Origin: Antedon mediterranea
Lineage: Eukaryota; Animalia; Echinodermata
Direction: 5' to 3'
Assembly (NCBI RefSeq): GCF_964355755.1
Contig: NC_092674.1
Coordinates: 23,374,001-23,438,000, forward strand
DNA length: 64,000 bases
Below the pieces are notes generated by a model that searched no databases, was not told the DNA's origin, and was given only the letters and a program-made list of their open reading frames with translations. Each line of letters opens with the position of its first letter. Position 1 is the stretch's first letter. Of this stretch, positions 24,984 to 37,804 are shown in pieces. A program made the translations under genes and the position numbers.

Positions 24984-26014
24984 TTTGTGTGTTATTTTAA
25001 AAGGAGTTGAGTTCATGGAAGAAAAATTATTTAACAGTTAAAATTTACCACATGTAGTACAATGTACAAGAGGCTATTAGTTCTTTTTAGTTTGCGCATG
25101 GAATCATAATCCATCGTTTGGTATATTTGTTGTTTTACTTTATACTATAGGCCCTATCAAAAACGGCATTTGAGGATATACAGTACCGATTGTTGGGAAT
25201 TCAAATAAAATAATATGTTACTGTATCTAACTGATACACGTACAGTATTACCAACAATGGTATAACGTAGTATTTGGTTGTTTGAAATTATTTCCTGGTA
25301 CCGCATAATAGTAATACACTAACGTTTCAATTAAAAACGTTTTTTTGGTCGTGTCACGCACGAGTACCATTATGACATACATATTCATATATATATAGGC
25401 CTACAGGTCACGTTACATAATTTATCATGGGTTGAAACGGGCCAAACAGTACAAGTACTGTACAGCAGTACAACTCAACAATCACGGTAACATATCTACA
25501 TAAAGTAGAACTTCTCCTTTGGAATACCCCTAATCAGGGAACATCATAAGTAATATAAGGACGAGACACTTTCCCGTGAATCAAAAGGCAAATGGTGGAG
25601 AGGGAATATTATGTTCTAACACTAGTCAACCTCTATCAAGTGACACCATCGCGTCGTGGTTGGTTTGCGTTGCGTTTACGTCCTTGCATTGCGTTCGAGA
25701 AAAGAACCAAGTTTTTAACAGGACGCAACGCAAGTATGTTATCGCAATGTGATTTGACCAATTACAAGCGATGGATTATTGTTCGTAACTGTCACTTGCC
25801 CACTCATGTTGTCTGTTATGGGTTCTACTGTAGGCCAGTGTACTGTACAAATAGGATGCTTTCAGGAATGTTGCTCATTGGGCAAATGATTGGAGGCAGG
25901 TATTTGAAATATTTTCACGACCTTTTTACATCATTCAACATTCATCCCAGACAAATTAGGCCCCGACACACTTAGGCCCCTAGTGCATCGCGTAAATAGA
26001 TTTACCAGGCTTAC

Positions 26015-26215
26015 CTCTGCCGCCTCAAGTTGACTTAAATCACTGTTGACCGTTTCTAAAGGTTTCTTCGTAGAAATAGCATTTCGGGTTCTGGTTACAT
26101 TTGTAACTTGAAAAATACTTAATACAATGTAGATGTTAACAGTTATCAATGACAACACCACTAGTATATTCAATTTCCCAGAAAGCGTACGAGACCTGAG
26201 GTGAGCAAGAGCCAT
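26015..26215 (-). CDS. CHST14: CHST14-like proximal first coding exon (cytosolic tail, TM, stem)
   Basis: MALAHLRSRTLSGK-LNILVVLSLITVNIYIVLSIF-...LEAAE. Donor GAG|GTAAGC is phase 0, giving a 341-aa type II membrane protein. Confidence 0.8.
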
Positions 26216-26832
26216 ATTTGCTAGCAGACGATGGGCTGGAATGTTCAGACCGCCATATGTTGTTTTCAGGTTTAACCAGGTGTAAACAAATAGAACAATA
26301 CGACGAATGCCTTTCACTTAAATCAACATCGGGGTGACAGAAGAAGTGATCAAACGAACCTAAAAATCACAGACTATTTGTATTGATTCGGCGCTAAATA
26401 CGAGTATTTGTCCTTAATATTACAAAACTAAAAATCAACAACCAGTGTTCGGTATCATTCGGAAATCCTCTATAACATAACCCTCTCCTTACGTATTTCC
26501 TCGAGGCTTGGCTGGTGTAACAATTGGACTACTCGACTGTGTTTAAAAACAGTTTATTTAATCTGCATAACTGAAGATCAGCACATGATAAGATCTAAAC
26601 ACTGATGTAATCGTTAGCATCACATTCAACTGCAGACAGTACCGAACAATGCTTGTAATGTAATCGCCTTTATGTTAGATCATAGCTTCCAGTGTTGTGT
26701 CTCTCGTCGTAGGCCTATATACTGTTCTTATATTATCTAAGAGCTATTATAAGTATTAGCACACAACCTTTACCCCATAAAGAATGTGCACCTTGCACCT
26801 TGTCCGTTTATGTGTATATTCCAGCGTATAAT

Positions 26833-27362
26833 AAACAGTTAAGCCAGCCTAGAACGTTTCAAGATTTGACAATGCGATAAACTTTGTAAGCACCGTCGAA
26901 AACAACGCTAACGAAAATAAACTAATCTCAGCAAAACGTGAAATACAGTATAACAACAATAATTATTTATCGCATGGAATGAGTTGAATAATAAAACTAA
27001 AGCGTGAGTCTAGAGTAGGCCTAATCACACAAATGTCCAATCCACGATATTGTTATACTGAAGAGAAACAGGATTAGAATGATCTAACAATTTAACTGTT
27101 CATTATATTCTACACAATGTAACCAGTGTACCGATGATAATACACAGGCTTTTGTACAGTTAAGCCAGGCCTATAAATAAATGTATCGAAATCTGACAAT
27201 GCGATATAACCTATACTCTGTCGGTCTTTAAAGTATACCGTCAAAGCGATAACCTCGACAACTTGTTAATTAGATCAATAATTATTTATCGCTTGAAATG
27301 AGATAATAAAAAAGATGTAACTGTTCAAACACTTTGTCCAATTTTACGATGGTATTTATGAA
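26833..27362. repeat. Diverged tandem duplication (~320 bp); the second copy is interrupted by the LINE
   Basis: acagttaagccag...tgacaatgcgata...aataattatttatcgc...tgtccaat...tgaagagaaa..ggattagaat; the second copy resumes at 30584. Confidence 0.7.
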
Positions 27363-30300
27363 AAAATGGCAAAGTAGATGAAGCCGTAATAAATGTAGCT
27401 AAGATGAAGAGTGCTGATGATAATGACATAACATTAAATGAAATTAATATAAACAATGATTCTAGTAATAATAGCAGTAATATAGTAAATTCAGGTAACA
27501 CAAAATCAAGTAAAATGTTAAGTTTATTCTATTGTAATATAAGAAGTGTGAAAAACAAATTATTAGATTTCAATGTTAGATTTTCTTCTTCGTCTCATGA
27601 CGTCATTGCTATATCAGAGACATGGCTCGATAGCACAGTATATGATAGTCAGCTTTTAAACAATGATTATACCATTTTTAGAAAGGATAGAAATTCTCAT
27701 GGAGGGGGGTTTTAATTGCTTGTAAAACATGTTTAAATCCATCTTTATGCACAGATCTCAATGTTGATACACTTGAACTGATTTGGATAGAATGTCATAG
27801 TAATATAGGTAAAATTTTATTAGGAGTGTTTTATAGGCCGCCTTCTTCAAATGTTCAATATTTAAATTCCTTTATTGATAATCTAGATAAAGTTCAAGCA
27901 AAAGTTGTTGATTACAAACAGGTATTACTCATAGGCGACTTTAATATTCATGTTGATTGGAATTGTTTGAATGTGAACAATGGTTTATCCGCCCAAGCAG
28001 GAAGCTTGGTAGAAGGAACAATGGCAACTGGACTAGTGCAAATAATAGATCAGCCTTCTTATGTAACACGAAATGGGGATGGGCACTTTTTGGACTTGGC
28101 TTTTGTTAGTAATCCACTTTTAATTGATAAATGTCAAATTATTAACAATTTTGACTCATGTGATCATGAGGCAATTGAGATATGTCTAAGGATATCAAAA
28201 CAACGTGAAAAAGTTATAACAAAAACTGTATATGCACTAAAAAATGCAGATTTTGAAAAGATGAAAAGCATATTAATTAATTTTAATTGGGAAAATTGTT
28301 TTATGTTTGAAAATATTAATAATATTTGGGATAGTATAATGAACAATATAAACAAGGCTATTTCTGAATCTGTGCCTATTAAGAAAAGAAATAAGACTAA
28401 ATCATTTCCATGGATTACTACAGAAATTAAGAAACTTTGTACAAAGAAAAGAAAATTATATAGGAAGGCTAAGATTTTAAAAACAAATGAAGCTACAGAT
28501 AGATTTAAGTGTTGTAGTAAGGAACTGAAAAAAGCCATATATTGTAGTCACAGAAATTATGTTCTAGACATCTCAAATAAGGCTACTTCAAATATAAAGC
28601 AATTTTGGGCATATATTAGGGCAATTAGACAAGATTCACAAGTTATAAGTTTTAAGATTAATGATGCTATAGTAACAGATGCTAGAGAGATAGCAAATTT
28701 GTTTAATGATCAATTTTCTAGTAATTTCAGTAATAATGATGATGGTGGTAATGATGACTTGCTCTGCAACTCTGATATTATCCCTCAGCATTATATGGAA
28801 CTTGAGAAATTTAATGTGATGGAAGTTTATCAGGCATTAAACTATTTAATTGTTTCAAAATCTCCAGGACCTGATAATTTACTTCCCATATTTCTAAAGG
28901 TTTGTAGGGTAGAACTAGCACGATTGTTGTGCGACTTTTTTAACTTATCTTTAGAAAAAGGCATTTTACCAAAACAGTGGAAAACTGCTAATGTTGTACC
29001 TGTTTTCAAAAAGCATGGAAAACCTAAAGGTGATTTTAAGAGTTACAGACCTGTGTCTTTAACACCAATTGTTTGTAAAATTATGGAGAAACTTGTGTGT
29101 ACCCGAATCAATAATTTCTTAGAGGCTAATAGTATATTATCAGATAATCAGTTTGGTTTTAGACATGCTTATAGTACGGAATTGTTACTCACTAAGGCGT
29201 TTCATTCATGGGCTCAAAGTTTAGATGCAAAAAATTGTAAGCAAGTAGATGTAATTTTCTTAGATTTTTCATCTGCTTTTGATAAAGTACCCCATAATCG
29301 TCTGATTAAGAAACTTAACAATATTGGCTTAAACAAAGGTTTAAATAAATGGATCCAGGATTTTCTTTTAAATAGAAAACAAAGAGTTATCTATAGAGGT
29401 GAAATATCGCATTGGAAGAATGTAATATCAGGGGTACCCCAGGGGTCAGTTCTTGGCCCTCTTTTGTTTCTATTGTATGTGAGTGATCTTGAATATGGTA
29501 TAGAATCTTCAATTTTTCAATTTGCAGATGACAATACCATTTCAAGACCTATTCATGAATTAGAAGACTGTATAAAGTTACAGAGTGATTTAAATAAGAT
29601 TTATGAATGGTCAGTTTTAAATAAACTACCATTAAATGCATCAAAATGTGCAGCAATGAGTTTATCCAGGTGTAAAGATCCCATCATATTTGCTTACGAT
29701 ATCAATTCCGATTCAACGGAAAGAGTCCATGAATTCAAACTACTTGGTGTATATATCAACAGTAAATTAACATGCCATTCTCATGTAGATTATGTTTGTA
29801 GTAAGGCAAGCAAACTTCTTGGTTTTGTTTCAAGATGTAGTAAAGCAATGTCTTGGATGGCAATGCTAAATCTTTACAAAGCACTAATACTACCTGTTGT
29901 GACTTACTGTTGTTGTATGTGGGCACCTACTGAAATATCTCATATGTATAGACTTGAAAGGGTTCAGAGAAAGGCCACTAGAATAATTATGTACAGAAAA
30001 AAAGGAAATTGGGACACTTCATATTTATATAGGTTAAAGACCCTAAATATTTTAAGTATTGAAGATATATTTAAAGTGTATAGACTCACATTAGGTTTTA
30101 AAATAATGCATGGCCTCTGTCCATCATCCTTTAATGAGTTTGTGAGATCAAGTGAGAGGTGTGAAGGGCGGTTAATACATTGGAAGGCAAAGACCAATAC
30201 ATTTTTAAATTCATCGTTTGTTATTTTCCCTAGATTATGGGAGCAACTTCGCAATGAAATTAAACAATGTGCTACAATTTCAGACTTTAAAGCCCAACTC

Positions 30301-30580
30301 ATCAAACATTTGATCTCAAAATATTAAGTTGTAATTGTTTATATTGTTTATTTAATGCAGCTTATTTTTAATTGGTGTATCTCATTATTACTTTGTTTTG
30401 TTTTATTTTGACTTAATTTGTGCTACTTAGTTTTGTTATTTTTGTATTTTATAAGTAATGATGGAGTAAGAGCAGTTTTCTGTTTGGGCTCATGCCTATT
30501 ACTTGCTCCTGGCAAGATGAATTGTAAAATGTACTTTATGAACTTTTGCCAAATAAATATTATTATTATTATTATTATTA
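27363..30580 (+). mobile_element. 5'-truncated CR1/L2-group LINE (APE endonuclease + RT)
   Basis: APE motifs (CNIRS, ISETWL, GDFN, DH) and RT motifs (YRPVSLT, LDFSSAFDKV, GVPQGSVLGP, FADD). (ATT)n tail; ttatgaa at both junctions (27356-27362, 30581-30587). Confidence 0.92.
27404..30327 (+). pseudogene. LINE ORF2 with a single frameshift in a G run near 27710
   Basis: ORFs 27404-27715 and 27826-30327 join if one G is added, giving HGGGVLIACK. Confidence 0.85.
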
Positions 30581-30838
30581 TTATGAAGAGAAAATCGGAT
30601 TAGAATATCCCGGATGAGTTAACGTTCCTTTCTAAAACACACTGTTCAATTCAAGCATGATAATCAAGTGTATGCCTAATAATACTGTATTCCAATCTTT
30701 TGAAATCAACATTGATATCGATTAGTTTGGCGGAATAAAATAAAGCAGACAAGTCGCTAGTGTCCAATATGTTTAGTTTTATACCAACTTTACTTCTGCG
30801 CTCACTCACTCAGCGTTGACAAGTACACTTGTGCATAT

Positions 30839-31391
30839 GTGTTTAGTCCCTCGGCAAATTTAACGCGTAAGTAACGTTACTGCGTACGTTCATACGTGTT
30901 TAGTCCCTCTGCAAATATAACGCGTAAGTAACGTTACTGCGTACGTTCATACGTGTTTAGTCCCTCTGCAAATATAACGCGTCAGTAACGTTACTGCGTA
31001 CGTTCATACGTGTTTAGTCCCTCTGCAAATATAACGCGTAAGTAACGTTACTGCGTACGTTCATACGTGTTTAGTCCCTCTGCAAATATAACGCGTCAGT
31101 AACGTTACTGCGTACGTTCATACGTGTTTAGTCCCTCTGCAAATATAACGCGTAAGTAACGTTACTGCGTACGTTCATACGTGTTTAGTCCCTCTGCAAA
31201 TATAACGCGTAAGTAACGTTACTGCGTACGTTCATACGTGTTTAGTCCCTCTGCAAATATAACGCGTAAGTAACGTTACTGCGTACGTTCATACGTGTTT
31301 AGTCCCTCTGCAAATATAACGCGTAAGTAACGTTACTGCGTATGTTCATACGTGTTTAGTACCTCTGCAAATATAACGCGTAAGTAACGTT
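30839..31391. repeat. 57-bp tandem repeat, ~9.7 copies
   Basis: Unit gtgtttagtccctctgcaaatataacgcgtaagtaacgttactgcgtacgttcatac, with no spacers. Confidence 0.97.
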
Positions 31392-34300
31392 GCTATGTTG
31401 TGGAAGACAATCATAGTAAAAAAAGACGCATTGCGTCCAATGTTGTGCCAATTGTAGACGGGCTTTGAAAAAGCACGTAGGAAATTAAAACGCGACACAA
31501 CGCGTCTGTTAAAGTAGTGGACGTGCATGTATTTGATTGCTGCTATTCATAGTCCGACTCTCTAACGATGCATAACCAGTAAGCATTAACATTATCGGCG
31601 TCAAGACGCCTGTTAATACTATAAACAATAGATATAAACCCCAAAGGAGAAATACACTAAATATTTATTAATGGGTTTGTCGCGTTAAGGCCACAGATGA
31701 GCGGTAACGGTAAGCGGAAACCGCGTAGCTTGTCCCACGAAGAATCTGTGTGGTGTATCTATACTATAAATCCTCAGCGGAAACCGCCTGTCCGTTCCGT
31801 ACTTTGTATAAATGGACACAAGAAATTAACATGATTCTATAATTGTTTTTACCGTTACCGCTCGTCTGTGTAAATTGGCCTTTACTAAATCATAGTTTGA
31901 GTTTAATGTAGCGTAGGCCAATTATTCCCATAAATTAAAGGAGAGCTGATAAATCTGCATTTTCTTCAACTTCACCAACGATTAGGCTAATATACAAGCG
32001 TATTTGTTTGGATTGAAAATGTGACATCTATTACATTTTAAATGTTTATAACATTACATTATATGCCAAATTACGTCAATGTGTTATCAAATTCTAGATA
32101 TATCAGAGTATTATGACATCACGTCATAAATTGTAAAAGACCTAGAAATGATGAACCTGTCATAATACAAACAACACAATAGGCCTACATTATAAAAAAA
32201 CCGTGTTTTTAAACCATGCCTTTTTTAATCAACAACCTCCCATACGAGAGAGGTGGTTCAAGTCACACCTAATAGACTTGCCCCAAGTTTGTATTTAATT
32301 TGTCTTTTGCAAAATGTTCGTTCACTACCAGTCGGCGTGTCAATTTTTGTCTGGATAATAAAATTGTGTACTGTGTATGTGATTGTGAGCTCAAGAATTA
32401 TACGTATGAAACGCCATATGTGCCAAAATATTTTTATTTTACTAGAAGTAAGACGGAACACCTTTATATGGGTTAAATGAATAGTAAGGAAGACGGGTAC
32501 AATAACTGACGATGTCATGACGACAAAGGAATTATTATAAACTATTTGAAAAATCGTTCATAACCATCATTTCCAAGCTTAAACATTTTTATTTACAAAA
32601 AACGCTTCTCATCTCACGATAACTACCGTCAACATGCATCTCAATATTTATCTGAAAATGTTTTCATAGACTCTCTTTTCCCAGACGTGCTTTGGGGTGT
32701 GCACATGCCCAGTTAGAGTTTCCAAATACCCATTTTTTCAGCTGTAGTAAACAATAACCTACCGCATGGTAACTGTTTCTAATGATTCCGTATTGCCTAA
32801 AGGAGCGGCGCGAAAAGTGCATTTGAAATAGTGAGTTAACACACAGATTTAGAAAAAACAACTACGATAAATAAAAACCGGCATTATTCTCCTTCTAACT
32901 GCGATGAAAAATTAATTATGCGAAAATATTCCGAACAACGCTTTATTTATTAGCAGTTCAAATTGTCATAAATTCCACATTGTCCATCGGTAATTTCCAA
33001 GCTTAAAAAGCAGATTTGCAATAGATGTTAACTTGATGTTGTTTACAATGTTTTACTCTTTATCGCAGTGCGATGTAACGATATTAATGTTTAGAGAATA
33101 TTAAATAGGACTATTATCTGGTAGGCCTACTTAATAATATATGTATGAACGAATTAGTTGAGACGACCACGTCACTTTTTTGCTACGGTACTAGACTTAG
33201 GCCTACCCCAAGTCTGTATTCATTGTCTTTTTTTTATTTACTTGTTTTTATTTCGATTTTTGTCTAAAAAACTTAAGTAGTACGGTATACGTATGAAACG
33301 CCATTTGTGCCAAAATATTTATCTTTTTACTAATATTAAAACAAAACTCTGTCTGGAACCCAGACTACTACGGTACATTTACTAGCTGATTATCGGTACT
33401 ACTGTATATCTAAATGTGGGCACATTCTGTGATACGGAATCACACGTGTTTCACCTGGGACGCCTGTCTATAGACCCTAAACTAACCTGTAACCTTCCTT
33501 GATAAGGCACCACATGTGACACACATGTGAACAACTTTATGAGAAGATACAGCTCTATCTACACTATCAAACTTTATGTGACAAAATGTGATGTGCCCAT
33601 ATATTGACACGATGATGTCATACTCATCACACTTTGTTGATAGTATAGACAGAGCTTGAAATACAAATGAAGGGGAGCAGTCTTTAGATTGTTTGTAATC
33701 TATTTATTATATTGTCTCGTCGTTTAAATGACCCCGTGACATTGTTGCTCATCATAAACTCAAAGATATAAATAATAACGCACCGTACGACAACTCAAAC
33801 ACGTTTGTTTTGTTTCAATTAAAATGCAATTGCAGTCTTGAGAACTTTGTGTATGACGTTTACTGTAAAGAGAGGAATATTAAGGAGAGCAAGCAAGCTT
33901 AAATCGATCCAATTTGATTTGTTTTGCTAATGTAGGCCTACACAATTATGACAAATTTGAACTTTGTTTTATTATCCATGCAAGCCTAAACAATTAGTCA
34001 ATTATAAATCAAAACATTTGCTTAAAAAAAATATCGTTTTGATTTGTTTACATGAGTGTTTATGTAGGCCTACACAATTACAACAATTGGAAATCAAACA
34101 CTTGCTTAAAACGATTTTTATAGGCTATCTATATATAAACTTGTTATTTTAGTGTTGTAGGCCTACATAATAGGACAATTGGAGATCAAACACTCCTTGG
34201 TCTTTCAAATTTACTTTACAATAATAGGCTATATAACCATGAGTGTATGTTCAAATATGAGATGTTATTCAAATAGTGAAACAGGAAATAATTCAAGTCT

Positions 34301-35471
34301 GCAGGCCTGTGTATTATTAATAGTACGTTCTGCTTTTGAATGACTTGTTCAACATGATTACATGGCAATGCATGTGCTTTTAATTTTGTCTTAACATGAC
34401 GTTGCATTTCACACGAGACGAGAACGAGGCTACCTATAATTTTTTTTTTCCTCTTTCGAGGGTGTAGCCCATAAATTAAACAAAAAAAACACGTGTGTTA
34501 AAAAAACATATGTTTATAACATTATACTATAATAATAATAATACAGTTTTAAAAATATCATATCTTTTTGTTAAATTGGTTATTATATTGGCACATAACC
34601 TCTTATAAAATTTGGCCAACGTGTTGAAGCGTTGTTTTTGTCTATATTTCTTTCTTCTTTTTTATTTTTCTGTATTATAGCTAAAATACGATAAGTGACT
34701 ACTTAAAAAAGTTACTTCAATATTACCTATAATCCGTTGTATAAATGAATGTTTAGTTCTATCAATGGTAACAAAATATTTTATGAGTCGGGTCTTATTT
34801 TCCCACGACAAAATGTCAATACCCTAAGCGATTTTTAATGCAGCAATAGGTCGAAGTTTAAATAGTTTATAATATTCTTGAACGTTTCCCGTCACAAATA
34901 CAACCAATATTTGCGGCTGAAGTTAGTCAATAACCCAATATCCCCGAGCTATTTTCCAACTTTATAGCCTGCAGACAGGACTAGCTAACGTTCTCAGTCA
35001 CTTAATCGAACCCCTAACCATGTTCACAACAATAAATAATTGTTTAAACATCAAAATATTAAATCGTATTCAGGATTCGCGTGATATGATTTGTTTTAAC
35101 GTCAGCTAAACTGTTTTCCCACCATTGAATACAATAATTATATAGGCCTACGTTTCATTTGGATGTCTAGGCTGGACTGAGACGATGACGCGCGCCTGTT
35201 ACTGGTGTGGAGCTAGTTCAAAGAACAGACAAGCCAAGGTTAATTTAATTTAACGTGAAAACAGATGATATTTCCTTCGTCTGAAAATAATAATACTACA
35301 GGCCTACTCGTTTCTACACACGAGGCAGCCAATCCCCTTCCCTTGGTTATGAGAATAACTAGAACCGATTGCTTAGTTCCACAATATTCAACTCAATTAG
35401 ATTTGAGTTATTATTATTATTATTATTTTTAAATTATTTTATCATGTAGCATGATAGTTAGTTTTTAGTTA

Positions 35472-35649
35472 AGCGTGGTTCCCACTAGCGACGCAACACA
35501 AGGACGTAACGCAACGCAAGTGAATTGACTAATCACAAGCGATGGCTTATTCGCTTGTGATTGCTAACTGTCATAACTTCGCTTGTCATTGGTTAAAATG
35601 CTTGCGTTGCGTGTACGTTCTTGCGTAACGTTCTAGTGGGAACCAAGCT
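35472..35649 (+). mobile_element. MITE family A
   Basis: Full copy; tta on both flanks. Confidence 0.88.
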
Positions 35650-35920
35650 TTAGTTAGCTTTTATTTCCCTATGGTCCGTTTAGGTAATACAATGTTGTGT
35701 GTTGGTGGTAAATATATTAGGTTAGTTGATCCTGCAAGAGTGCAGCGAACTAGAACTAAGCCCAGTGAAACAATTTTATCATGGTACTTGCATGAAGGCT
35801 ATACCAGTGGCAGTCGGACTGGATGTTACCTCCATGGTACAATAATGTCGTAGGCCTACCCTGACCTTCTATGAAGCAGATGAACAAACTGGGTGTTAAT
35901 ATGTCTAGGCCTACATGTTG

Positions 35921-37260
35921 CAGGGCATCACGTATGCAAAACCCAGGAGAGCAACAAATCGCTCTCCTCAAATCACCGAGGAGAGCAATTCGCTCTCCTT
36001 GCAAAAATTTTAAATCGCTCTCCTCAAATATTTATGTTGAAGTTGAAGGATGGTCGCCCTTATTAAAAATGGCTGGCCCTTATTAATTTTTTGTACACAT
36101 TTTTTTGCCCGGCAGGGGATAACCCCCCCCCCCCCCCCCGGGCACAACAAATGTATACTGTACCTCTCCCCTAAAATCCCCCACACCCACCTTTACACAC
36201 AATATTTTCCGTGGGGATCGTATTATTCTACAGTACAAAAAACTCAAGCCAATTTTTTTTTTATGGCCTGCCTGGGTAGATTGGGTTTCAGGAGCCTGGA
36301 GAATCCTGTCCTGGCCAACTATATGCCTTTAGCCTAGCTTTTCTAGCCTAGCTTGTTGGCCTAGAAATCAGACAGAAAACCTGAAAAGTATTTACCTTCA
36401 ATTCATAAATTATACAATTCTAACATGCAACAGCCATTAAAATATTGATAATAAGTTACAAAGTGTCATTCTAAAATAATTAAGAAAGATATTTGATCGT
36501 GTTTACATGTGTCACACATGGGCGCACGCACAATAGGGGAGGGCTGAGAGAGAGCTTCTAGAAGATGATGACGTCACACATCAGCACGTGTTTTGAGGAG
36601 GATTTGAGTGACCAAAATTGGTTAGAACTTTCGAAGAAATAATCCATCTTCAAAATGACATAATTAAAGCAACCAGCAGCTAAGCTTTTTTAAATAATAA
36701 ACATTATATTTAGGCCTCCTATATTAATGTTTCCTATATTAATGTTTCCTTTTAAAATTAAATATATTTTATTAACTCGTTCCATAAAAACATAAAGGGA
36801 AAAATTATTGGTTGGGACATGATCTTCCTGTAAAGGAGGTGTTTCTATGACACCGTACTGGTTGCACTATGAGGCGATGAAGTAAACTCGCCCTTGTTGA
36901 ATGCGCGCAGGCAGGGGAATCCCCTTTGTTGGTACCTCGCACTGTGAGATGGAGCGCGATGAATTGCTCTCCTTTTCGAAGGTTGTTGATTGCGATCGCG
37001 CTCGCGATCCTTAAAAACGAGGGACTGCCATTAGGCTTGTAGCTTTATAACTTAGCTTATATATTATTAGCCTAGGCCTAGATTGGTTTTAACTTTTAAA
37101 AATCCGCGTGTTTTTAGGCCTCTTGACAGAAAAATCAACACTGTCAAAAGCTAGGCTCTATTTTGAAAATTAAGGAGCGCGATAAATTGCTCTCCTCGAA
37201 GCCTGTTGAGGAGCGCGGAGGAGCGCGGTCGCGCAGGCGCTCCTTATAAATGATGCCCTG
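35921..37260. mobile_element. Non-autonomous hAT-like DNA transposon
   Basis: TIR cagggcatca...tgatgccctg, subterminal ggagagc/gctctcc repeats, and the 6-bp direct repeat atgttg on both sides. Confidence 0.8.
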
Positions 37261-37625
37261 ATGTTGATTAATTAACCCTCATGTTTTAAAAGGTAATTTA
37301 TGCGACCATTACATGTGTAACGTCCGAACGGGCCCATTGACACGTGTACACGTCTGAATGTATATGTACTTGGTTCCTTTTGGACGCAACGCAAGGACGT
37401 GACGTTTAGCGCAACGCAAGCTAATTGACCAATGACAAGCGACAGTTCGAATAATGTATCACTTGTGATTGGTCAAGTTACGTCCTGGTGCTTGGAAGAG
37501 TAGTGTACTTTATCTATCCCAGGTGATTTATTTGGATTTAGAACCGGCTTATTTTTATAAAACTGAAAAGCGTCTACACCGCGAGGTCGATTAAAGGCCA
37601 ATTTACACAGAACGAGCGGCAGTAA

Positions 37626-37804
37626 AGCGTGGTTCCCACTAGCGACGCAACACAAGGACGTAACGCAACGCAAGTGAATTGACCAATCACAAGCGATGGC
37701 TTATTCGCTTGTGATTGCTAACTGTATATAACTTCGCTTGTCATTGGTTAAAACGCTTGCGTTGCGTTTACGTCCTTGCGTTACGTTCTAGTGAGAACCA
37801 AGCT
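37626..37804 (+). mobile_element. MITE family A (abutting a family E fragment)
   Basis: Full copy. Confidence 0.88.

Noticed and set aside
27700-27720. Programmed -1 frameshift in the LINE
   Set aside because: The in-frame sequence G GGG TTT is not a canonical X XXY YYZ site; a deletion or homopolymer error is simpler.
28164-30305. Antisense ORFs within the LINE (and similar ones within 6950-7751)
   Set aside because: Shadow ORFs of real coding sequence.
30839-31391. CRISPR-like look of the palindromic repeats
   Set aside because: The units are contiguous and near-identical with no unique spacers, there are no cas genes, and the context is eukaryotic.
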